The notes beneath the pieces were generated by a model, which searched no databases, had not been told where the DNA came from, and was given only the letters and a program-made list of their open reading frames with translations. Shown in pieces: positions 9,407 through 17,325 of a stretch of DNA of 24,000 nt. Every line of letters begins with the position of its first letter. Position 1 is the stretch's first letter. The stretch is taken from contig NZ_JACDUL010000002.1 of NCBI RefSeq assembly GCF_013760955.1, positions 108,719-132,718 on the forward strand, written 5' to 3'. Source of the stretch: Methanococcus maripaludis (GTDB lineage: Archaea; AGJL01; Methanococci; Methanococcales; Methanococcaceae). The translations under genes were made by a program, and so were the position numbers.

Positions 9407-10453
9407 CTATTCGGATTCTGTATTCTCGCTAGATAACTTTTCCATATACTTCTCACGAATCTTTGATAGTGTTTCACCAGTTTCCTTAAGCACTGCGAAG
9501 TTGTATGTCTGGATACTCGACCATCCGTAGACACTCTTTAGCCATGTTTGCATTGACATCTCGGTAGCGACAGCTGTTTGCATTGGTATTTTACGAACAT
9601 CAGCTGATCCAATTGACATTTCAGTAGGGATAACCGATACATTTCCGTTTTTCAACAGAATTGCTTCAGCGTTATGATCTTTCGCTTTTATCACGTCACC
9701 AGGTTTTACAACGCCCCATTCAAGCATGTCACTAATTTTAGGTAACGAACGTCGTGTGATGTCTTTAGTTTTCTTTGATACGTATTTTGCTTTATCCATC
9801 AGGTTAACGTAGTAATCTTCGTATCCTGAAACCGGTAGAATCTTTTCAGCGTTTATATAACATTCATTGTTGATTTTGTACGGTGTTAACTGAAAACAGT
9901 TCATATCAACGTTATTCTTGTTCAACCACGCTACCGCTGACAGTGTTTGTTCGTCGTATTCACCTGCAGCGAGAATGATTCTCTGTTTCTCGTTAAATTT
10001 GGTAACATCGTTCGCATCTAAAAATTCGTTAAGTTTACGAATTCCTAATTCATATGATGTGAGCTCACCGATTTCGTATTCATTGCGGTATTTCTCGATG
10101 TATGGTGCGTAGACCAGTTTAACTAACTCATCGGGACTTTCGACTTTCGCATAACTTGCAGCGTATCGAATTGCCTGAAACTCGAACGCTTCTTTACGGT
10201 TTTCGATGTCTTTCTTATCTCGCTTAATCTCGATTAACACAATGTTTCCGTTGTTGTCGACTGCTGTAAGATCACTTCGACCGTTTTTCTCGTTTTTAAC
10301 CTGTCGTCCAACAATCAACAGTGATTCTTCATCATCACACAGCATATCGATACTGCATCTCAAGATCTCTTCAATATCGTTTTCGTTCATCCCAAGTTGC
10401 GAAAACGTGGTAGCTTCGACTTTCGCTGCCTTTTTGTTAGTGATACTGTACAT
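9407..10453 (-). CDS. NucS/DUF91-like PD-(D/E)xK nuclease with an uncharacterised C-terminal domain
   Basis: The nuclease core reads GRSDLTAVDNNGNIVLIEIKRD...FQAIRYAASY (D...ExK plus Q..RY). The likely start is ATG 10453 (MYSITNKK), with ggggtg about 9 nt upstream. The C-terminal ~110 aa (...QTWLKSVYGWSSIQTYNFAVLKETGETLSKIRE) is unassigned. Confidence 0.6.
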   Translation of the reverse strand: MYSITNKKAAKVEATTFSQLGMNENDIEEILRCSIDMLCDDEESLLIVGRQVKNEKNGRSDLTAVDNNGNIVLIEIKRDKKDIENRKEAFEFQAIRYAASYAKVESPDELVKLVYAPYIEKYRNEYEIGELTSYELGIRKLNEFLDANDVTKFNEKQRIILAAGEYDEQTLSAVAWLNKNNVDMNCFQLTPYKINNECYINAEKILPVSGYEDYYVNLMDKAKYVSKKTKDITRRSLPKISDMLEWGVVKPGDVIKAKDHNAEAILLKNGNVSVIPTEMSIGSADVRKIPMQTAVATEMSMQTWLKSVYGWSSIQTYNFAVLKETGETLSKIREKYMEKLSSENTESE

Positions 10454-10761
10454 AATTACTGCACCCCGATCCCCGATAACCATTACGGTCGTTAAAATGA
10501 TTTGTAACTGTACAGTACTATTCGAATGGTTGTTATTTATGCGTTGTTAATTAACACAACTGATTATTGTGAAATGATTATACCGCATTCGTTAGCATTG
10601 CTACCGCAACCTGAAACGTGTTTACAATATCAAAAAAAAATTTATACTCCTGAGCAATTTGACGTCGTAGTGTTACGATACGTCACAAGTGAGAATTTAT
10701 TTTTCCTCCTCAACTATGACTCGTCGTAGTACCAAAGTGTTATATGTTGTCTCGTTGCGTT

Positions 10762-11293
10762 GCCCACTCGTTGTTCGTGTTACTCACAACTCGTTGCACT
10801 CGCATTGGGCGCTCCGCGCTATAATTATATATAATACGTAAAAAAAATATACTCCAATCTTATACGCTAATCGTATAAAACTGGTAGCTTACGTCTGGTT
10901 ATGTATTCGGTAAAGTGTTAACCAGTATTTTTACTCACCGTACGATATCACTTAATTCCCGGCTTTACTAACTCAGTACGTTGTCTTGTACCTTTACTCT
11001 ACACTTCAGAGTTTGTTAGTTTACGAATCGACAGTTCGAAACGACCGTAACCTCAAGCATGTCTACCGTTATCCAGTTATGCGGGTGTACTCTGATTGAA
11101 CCATTTAAACTCATCGGGTCCGCTTGTGTTCACGTAATCACCGACTTGAGGTGATTATCACTGAGGGTATACAGAGGGATGTTCAGACCTACACACATAT
11201 ACCATTGTACTACGTTAGTTTGTACAATGAGAGTTAATTTCCGTTTAGTTAAGTGAACAGAGTACCGTATTCTCTTGTCCCGCAAGTCCTTCT
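10762..11293 (+). ncRNA. Candidate structured RNA, paralog A. Strand is tentative and the family is not recognised.
   Basis: The unit aligns along its whole length with 12330-12825. It has no conserved ORF. Four hairpins are maintained by compensatory changes. A TATA-like box lies upstream. Confidence 0.4.
10811..10836 (+). promoter_or_regulatory. Conserved GC block plus TATA-like element upstream of unit A
   Basis: gctccgcgctataattatatataata. The block gggcgctccgcgctataattat is identical in unit B. Confidence 0.35.
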
Positions 11294-11513
11294 ACGTTTT
11301 GTTGTACTTTGTAATCTTATATGGGGAAGTCGTAGTGAGTATATATACTTTATCGAAGTATGTACATGAATTGATTGTCATCGTCACGATGTAATCCCAG
11401 CGTAGTTTGCAGAGCTAAAGCGTTATTATCGTAATTGTATGGCGAATTAACCAACTAATCATCTCAACACGTTTTTACATCCCTGTAGCTTACGGTTTAT
11501 CTGTATTGGTTAG

Positions 11514-12080
11514 CGTTCGTTATTCACAGTAGTTCATAACTCACTTTTAGCAGGGTATACTCAAGCTGATTAATTCACATTAACTTTTGAGATCACTAAC
11601 TGTAATTTTGCGTAATGCTAATGCTCGTTGTTCTATGCTATCGCAACTCGCATTTACCGAACGTACTGCTGATTCAACTGCTACGTACTATTTCCAGAGA
11701 GCATTTCATGTGATGGTACGGTAGTGATAGTTATTTGGTAATGTATGCTGTATTTCACTCACGTTTCAGCTTTCAGTACATTTACGGCAATTCTCGGCAT
11801 ATCATCGTTCGTTATTCACAGTAGTTCATAACTCACTTTTACCGAAAAATACTCAAGAGTTAATTACCTCGTGCTGATAACGCCGTTTAAATATTGTTGA
11901 TGTATTTGTGTGTTATTTCACGTTAAAAAACACATTAAATCTCGTAATGGTTTACAAAGCGGTTATGTTCGAGTATGTTATGGTTTAACCGTAATCAGCA
12001 GATATATCATGTATTTCACTTACCGTATTTTCTCTGATATCGTCGCTCGTTGTTCTCTGCTATCACAACTCACTTTTACC
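11514..12080 (+). repeat. Four dispersed copies of a 36-bp module (U1-U4)
   Basis: U1 (11514-11549) and U3 (11806-11841) are identical: cgttcgttattcacagtagttcataactcactttta. U2 (11623-11658) and U4 (12045-12080) differ at 4 of 36 positions: gctcgttgttct(a/c)tgctatc(g/a)caactc(g/a)c(a/t)tttacc. The two types are about 70% similar by eye. A related motif lies at the heads of units A and B. Confidence 0.85.
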
Positions 12081-12329
12081 CGGGATACCACACAGTTTAG
12101 TAACTACTGAGACGTTATTTGATTGTAACCGTATTGCATGACCTACAGTTATCTCGAAGTGGATTACCAATGTACCGTACCAGTCAAGCCTTCGGCTAAC
12201 CGATTCGTTAACGTGGTGAAAAGAGTATTCGTAAACATTACCTTAACACAGTGAGTTATGTTCAAAGTCGCGTTCGCTGTACGCTGTACGCTTTACGCTT
12301 TTTGAACTAACTCATCTACTCACTGCTTC

Positions 12330-12825
12330 GCCCACTCGGTGTTCGTCAACTCACACCTCATTACACTCGTATTGGGCGCTCCGCGCTATAATTATTATAT
12401 ATTACATATCAGTTGTTTATAGTCTAATCTTATGTACATTTTACATAAAATGACTTGCTTACGTCCGGTTAGTTAATCTGATAAGTGTTAACCGGTATTT
12501 TGTTCATCTGTATGATATCACCCAATTCCCGGCGTTATTAACACAACATTACACTTACATGTGTGTTAACTTACGAAATGAATCTGACCAAATCGACCAT
12601 AACCTTGAGCACGTTTACCATTTTTCAGTTATGGTTACATGACTCCTGATTGAACCATTTAAACTCTCATGTCCGCTTTTAACTTCACCAACCTACTGTC
12701 GGTGAGGGTATCTGAGGGATGTTCAGGCAGTACGTTATAACCACCATTGCACTTTTGTAGCGCAATGTGAACGTTTAATCCAATTTAATGGAATTTCATA
12801 TGTTCTCGTGTCCCGCACGTTCTTC
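12330..12825 (+). ncRNA. Candidate structured RNA, paralog B
   Basis: See paralog A. The same conserved blocks are present, including a perfect 21-mer ctgattgaaccatttaaactc (12646-12666, matching 11092-11112). Confidence 0.4.
12377..12405 (+). promoter_or_regulatory. Conserved GC block plus TATA-like element upstream of unit B
   Basis: gctccgcgctataattattatatattac. Confidence 0.35.
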
Positions 12826-13455
12826 CATATGTTAGTAGTAACTCTATCACAATCGTTGATACCATATATATGTTATTATTGTAATCGATTTAAACGCGTT
12901 TGATCTGATTTTTGAGTATTGTGATTGTATGATTTGGAAATACTGCAGTAATGAATATGTAAAAAACGTATCAGCGTTACATACACGGCTTATCAGATTT
13001 TTGTACCTTCCATAGGTTGACGCTCACGGTCAATCCATACTGTAATCGGTGATATGCAGTCGATAGGTAGGTGATGATTAACATAACCAGTGTTTGGTGA
13101 ATATACAAAAAAGTATCGCACCCTTTTTTACAAAAAACCGTTCAAAAGTATTACACAAAATGTGAACACATTACCACTTTGTGAGCGTGACTCACATCGT
13201 ACGTTCTGTATAGACCTGCAGCTTTTTTGTGAAATCTGTTAACTCGACACCCGCGTGTTAATTTTGGTCCGATTGCTCGGACCACTTGCCATTTAGGGTA
13301 AGTCGTATAAAAAAGTTAAAGCTAGCTAATAACTATGTATGATCATGACAATATATAAGTTTTTCGGTAATTGGCGGATATTCAGTGCTACATTTTATAT
13401 ACTAACCACTTGTACACTTGTGTATTGGTTACACGGTGCTATGTACGTACCGTTA

Positions 13456-13552
13456 ACACAGTGCCACTTGTATATGGTTCTACATGATATACATTGCTAC
13501 ATATGGCTGTAAAACACTTTGACACAGTGCCACTTGTATATGGTTCTACATG
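13456..13552 (+). repeat. Perfect 31-bp direct repeat with a 66-bp period
   Basis: acacagtgccacttgtatatggttctacatg occurs at 13456-13486 and 13522-13552. It contains the CACTTGTAT motif. Confidence 0.9.
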
Positions 13553-13636
13553 TTTTAGGTATTTTACAAAAAAGGTTCTTCTATCGATACTGGTGTTTTT
13601 ACGGGTTATCTCCACGTTACTAAGATCGATATACAG

Positions 13637-13683
13637 AATACTGGAAAAACGTAATGTTTGAAAAAAGAGTCATACCCTTTTTT
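13637..13683. repeat. 47-bp repeat ending in an A6...T6 terminator-like element (copy 1)
   Basis: aatactggaaaaacgtaatgtttgaaaaaagagtcataccctttttt. It is near-identical to 14258-14304. Shorter relatives lie at 13107-13129 and 14339-14353. Confidence 0.8.
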
Positions 13684-14257
13684 CACAAAACTGTAAAAAT
13701 ATCGTTAGTTTATGGGCTTCACTCACAGAGTATATCCCGCATATACTATAATCGTTTTTTGAGTTCGTGAAAACAGTTACATAACAATTTCTGTGGTTTG
13801 TAACCTGTCCATGTCAGAAACATGGACAAATTAAACCACTGGTGACGATTTAAACGAGTTTCCGTTGAAGCGGATAACGTAAAAATGATGAACTTACAAT
13901 GATATTCCCCCTACGAAGAAATCAAATCATCTTAGCCAACTCACGATAAACGCTGAAGTTACTAAATGTTTTGAAATTCGTCGATATCATTTAACGTAAC
14001 GCACAGCATCACCATTACCCGAGATTGCCCCCACTTAATGCAATCTCTTGGGCTTTAACATATATGGTGTTGCTACTATATAATTTCGATTATCGGATAA
14101 TTTTGTACTACAATTTACAAAATAATCGTGTATTTGTACATGTGTCGGATAATATTATATACTCGGTTTCCTTTTTCGAGTAGCGACTTGAAACATGTAG
14201 ATCGGTAAAACATTTCTGTACACGTTATCCTTCGGTTAACCTGGTCGATGTTACGTA

Positions 14258-14304
14258 AATACTGAAAAAACGTAATGTCTGAAAAAAGAGTCATACCCTT
14301 TTTT
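14258..14304. repeat. 47-bp repeat ending in an A6...T6 terminator-like element (copy 2)
   Basis: aatactgaaaaaacgtaatgtctgaaaaaagagtcataccctttttt. Confidence 0.8.
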
Positions 14305-14439
14305 GAATATTGTTCGTTGAACTTGGTGTGACAAAATTGGTCATACCCTTTTTCACGTGATGTGATCTAGTTTTGATATTATTATCGTATAGCGCTTAGT
14401 CACAGTTATCAGCGTTTCAAAAAAGCATTACCGTTATTA

Positions 14440-14736
14440 TTACTGCGGCATTTCAAATGGAAGTGGTGTACCTGTTTCTTCAATATACTGTTTTACCACG
14501 TGTTCTGCGACAGTGTCCCAGTCAATGAAGTCTACGATGTAGGATAACACCACAGGTCGTAGTGATCCGAGTTCTGTCATCGGGTGATGTATAAGTTCTG
14601 ATTTCAGAAGAACGATTAATTCAACGTATGATTTGCAGCAGTTAATTCGTTCGGTCCAGTTACCGTTGGTGTATACGTAAGTTTCCATCGCGGATATAAT
14701 CCTGTTTGTTAGTTCTGTTGAAATTGTAGGGTTCAT
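14440..14736 (-). CDS. Hypothetical protein (98 aa)
   Basis: The ORF has the SD aaggtgatatt directly before its ATG and a TAA stop. No family was recognised. Confidence 0.5.
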   Translation of the reverse strand: MNPTISTELTNRIISAMETYVYTNGNWTERINCCKSYVELIVLLKSELIHHPMTELGSLRPVVLSYIVDFIDWDTVAEHVVKQYIEETGTPLPFEMPQ

Positions 14737-14866
14737 AATATCACCTTGTGTTGGATTGGATTATTTTATCGTAATTACCGTGAGATAGTACGAGTACATA
14801 AAATCGTAGGTTCTAGAGTTTAGGGTATTACGATCGGAACTTTTGTAGTTTGCTAAATGGTATATA

Positions 14867-14965
14867 CGCTCACTACCGTAGCGTTCATATTTCTGAAACT
14901 CTTGTACTGAAACGCTCACAAACAATTCGTATTAGTTGGCTGTTCACGTGTTTGATACATAGGGT
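14867..14965 (+). repeat. ~100-bp unit C1
   Basis: C1 shares cgctcactaccgtagcgttcat, acgctcaca and gtgtttgatacataggg with C2. The anchor motifs accgtagcg and tgtttgatacat also occur in loci L and R. Confidence 0.7.
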
Positions 14966-15203
14966 AGAAAAGAGTTAGTTGGTAGAAAAATGAAAAACGT
15001 CGATACTTGGTGGGGTATGTACTCTGACTGAGTTATACATTAATTATTGGACAAGTGAAGTCGTTATTCATGTTTACACTTGTGCACGGGTATCATTTAC
15101 ATTAGTTGTAGGTTATAATCGTTGGCACGTCACCGATGTAAATCGAGGTAAGCGGTTCTGAATAAAATAGTAGTAATTCAAACATGATGATTACCCTTCA
15201 AAG

Positions 15204-15299
15204 CCACTCACCGTAGCGATCATCAAATTGTACAGTTCACAATGAGACGCTCATCACTGATTCATAGCTTTACCCAGTTCTTGTGTTTGATACATAGGG
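15204..15299 (+). repeat. ~100-bp unit C2
   Basis: ccactcaccgtagcgatcat ... acgctcatca ... gtgtttgatacataggg. Confidence 0.7.
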
Positions 15300-15363
15300 C
15301 GAAAGCATCGTACTTACTTGATTTCGCCATAATTACTTTCATCATGTAATGCGGATATGTTCG

Positions 15364-15573
15364 CACTTGTATACTCACTACACCTATACAAGTGTTCCAG
15401 TGGCCACATAGAAACGTTAACACAGTTTAACATGTCTATGGGTTTCACTTGTATGCCCACCGCACTTATCCACTTGTATACTCATTACAAGTGCACATGT
15501 GGTTCCATTATACACTTGTTACTGTGCATAGGTATTCCACGTGTACACTTACCCACATAGAAACGTTAACACA
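15364..15573. repeat. CACTTGTA(T) repeat and inverted-repeat field
   Basis: One inverted repeat is cacttgtata (15364-15373) pairing with tatacaagtg (15385-15394). A second is cacttgta (15471-15478) pairing with tacaagtg (15486-15493). The palindrome cacatgtg lies at 15494-15501. The 21-bp direct repeat ccacatagaaacgttaacaca occurs at 15404-15424 and 15553-15573. Confidence 0.85.
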
Positions 15574-15821
15574 TGCCACAGTGTATGCGTATATCACTTA
15601 TATTGCGATTAAAGTCTCACGGTATTCATTCCTGCGTTTACTCACTTATGGTACCACAGTACTCGTTTACCGTGTCTTCATTACCTGTATCCGCTTAATA
15701 CGCCTTAGACTGTGGGTACCATCACTTATGCTACTGTTTTTAGCATCTATCACTTATATCGGACCGTTTAATGTTGAATCGATAAAAAAAGCGCAGAACA
15801 TTATATAATCGTGATTCAGGA

Positions 15822-15867
15822 GTGTAGGGTCGTGTAACTGTGGTGTAAATTGGTGTAGGGGGGTGTA
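15822..15867 (+). promoter_or_regulatory. Five helically phased GTGTA iterons
   Basis: gtgta starts at 15822, 15832, 15843, 15853 and 15863, giving spacings of 10, 11, 10 and 10 bp. A GGGG-tgta-CCCC hairpin and the hairpin cgcgg-ttttt-ccgcg (about 15884-15898) follow. Confidence 0.6.
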
Positions 15868-16012
15868 CCCCTGCAAAAAATGTCGCGGTTTTTCCGCGCT
15901 TAATTACTCTATAGTGTAATATGGAGTGTTTTCCCGAAAATTTACAATTTTTCGAAAACTTCGGTTAATTAACATAAACGTCTGATTAATCGATAAAAAA
16001 GAGTAAGTGGTG

Positions 16013-16243
16013 TTATAAATTATGTGATGCGTGTTTACTTAAGTTTTCAACAGTTATTCGTGTAGTGTTAAACGCGATAGCTACAAAGTCCTCAACAGTC
16101 GTATGTTCTCTCAAGAGGTCGTTTTCGAGTAACTTTGGTAGGTTACTTTGTGTAATCATTTCGAATGCAGTTTCTAACGATAATCCAGGTAGTTCCTTAA
16201 CCATCGTTTCCGCAACATCGGTGATTATGTATTTGTATTTCAT
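16013..16243 (-). CDS. Small protein (76 aa), possibly the DUF3791-like partner of the upstream DUF3990-like gene
   Basis: The ORF has the SD ggtgatat before its ATG and a TAA stop. It lies immediately downstream of the DUF3990-like gene, the usual pairing. Resemblance to DUF3791 is weak and judged from memory only. Confidence 0.45.
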   Translation of the reverse strand: MKYKYIITDVAETMVKELPGLSLETAFEMITQSNLPKLLENDLLREHTTVEDFVAIAFNTTRITVENLSKHASHNL

Positions 16244-16305
16244 GATATCACCAAAAGGTTATAGCTTAAATTTTGGAGTTTTGTATTTCGTATATCCATC
16301 GTACC

Positions 16306-16824
16306 TCAAAGCCATAATACTTCTTTCGGTTTTGAACACGATCTGTTCATATGGGTACGCTTCAACATTGTTGATAAGGTTTTGTATTTCCTTATATCAT
16401 TTTCACTGAGTTTACCTGTAGCTATTAATCGACGTAATCTACTTGTACCTTCACTAATTCCTCTATCAATCACATAACCTTGTATAATATCGTAATGTTC
16501 TTCATCTAGTTTGTGTGGCCTTCCGATTCTACAGTAAACCGCATATTCGATTGCTTCGTGTTCCTTTAAGTGTCGGTATTTTAGTTCGCCTAACACTTCA
16601 TGGTTTATCAAATAATGTACAACTGCAGGTGGTCCGATAGAGTCTCTACCCATTTGCCGATTTAACTCGAACTTAATGTTTCCTCATTCGATAGCTTTTT
16701 CGAGGATATCTGTTGTGTAAAACCCTCGACCGAAATCTAATGCTGTTTTATCCTGTATCGTCGTTCCAAATCGTTCGATCGATACAGCATGTTTTTTACA
16801 GGTTCCGTGATGTAGGTTCTTCAT
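16306..16824 (-). pseudogene. DUF3990-like gene interrupted by a single in-frame TGA
   Basis: The minus-strand reading is MKNLHHGTCKKHAVSIERFGTTIQDKTALDFGRGFYTTDILEKAIE-TGA-GNIKFELNRQMGRDS..., continuing in the same frame into the track ORF 16306-16653. The TGA lies at 16684-16686. HHG and DFGxGFYxT are the DUF3990 signature. The stop falls where the family usually has Trp (..A..W.). Confidence 0.6.
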
Positions 16825-17239
16825 GTGTTTCATAAGTTACATCTCTATAATACCTCGGAATCCGCAATATATAAATAATTCGGTTTATTTTTCAAATTTA
16901 ACGTGTTATGGTATACGGGTAGAGAAATATCGCGATATAACTGTGATATGGGGTGACTTGGTAAGATATAACATATTACATAATTTTCCAGATGTTACGG
17001 TAAGTCACGCTCACGCGGTTCCAAATCTGGATCTGATATTTATAATTTTCCGAAAAGTTTATAAATGGGTCTTTAATGTGTTTGAAAAAAGTCACGTTTT
17101 GTCACGGTGCTTTGTGTTACATTACCAAGGTTAACAGGGTAGCTACAACGTCCTCAAAACGGCAATGTCTTAGGTGCATCACATTTTGCAGACTACGATA
17201 AGTGATTCCATTAATGACATACACCAGTGTAAAATGGTA

Positions 17240-17325
17240 ATGTATACACATTTTCACAGTTCTATGGTGACATGTATACAAGTTTTCACAGTTCTATGGT
17301 GACATGTATACAAGTTTTTATGTGG
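17240..17325 (+). repeat. 32-bp tandem repeat, about 2.7 copies
   Basis: atgtatacacattttcacagttctatggtgac lies at 17240-17271. atgtatacaagttttcacagttctatggtgac lies at 17272-17303. A partial copy lies at 17304-17325. Confidence 0.9.

Noticed and set aside
11910-12110. Track ORF of 66 aa
   Set aside because: It runs through repeat module U4 and the preceding repeat. It has no SD, and the paralogous repeat copies are not open in the same frame.
10762-12825. Protein-coding explanation for the conserved A and B units
   Set aside because: The A/B alignment needs many indels that are not multiples of 3. The longest shared-region ORF in A (33 aa, starting at atgtctacc) is closed by a stop in B. 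Substitutions do not show 3-nt periodicity by eye.
13884-13955. C/D box sRNA (atgatga ... ctga)
   Set aside because: The box spacing of about 70 nt, the absence of properly placed C' and D' boxes and the lack of terminal pairing do not fit the compact archaeal C/D sRNA architecture. The same holds for gtgatga at about 13070, which has no downstream D box.
15357-15808. Track ORFs 15357-15560 (67 aa) and 15449-15808 (119 aa)
   Set aside because: They overlap each other in different frames and consist of the CACTTGTA and cacttat repeat field, giving low-complexity, His/Thr/Tyr/Leu-rich translations. They have no SD and match no family. They are most likely open frames produced by repeat composition.
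10740-15900. CRISPR array
   Set aside because: There is no regular short repeat with similar-length unique spacers. The repeats are heterogeneous in length (21-530 bp) and spacing, and no cas genes are present.
16684-16686. Selenocysteine or Trp recoding of the in-frame TGA in the DUF3990-like gene
   Set aside because: No SECIS-like element was recognised. The same gene ends on TGA at 16306. The position aligns with Trp rather than Cys/Sec in the family. A TGG-to-TGA nonsense mutation is simpler.
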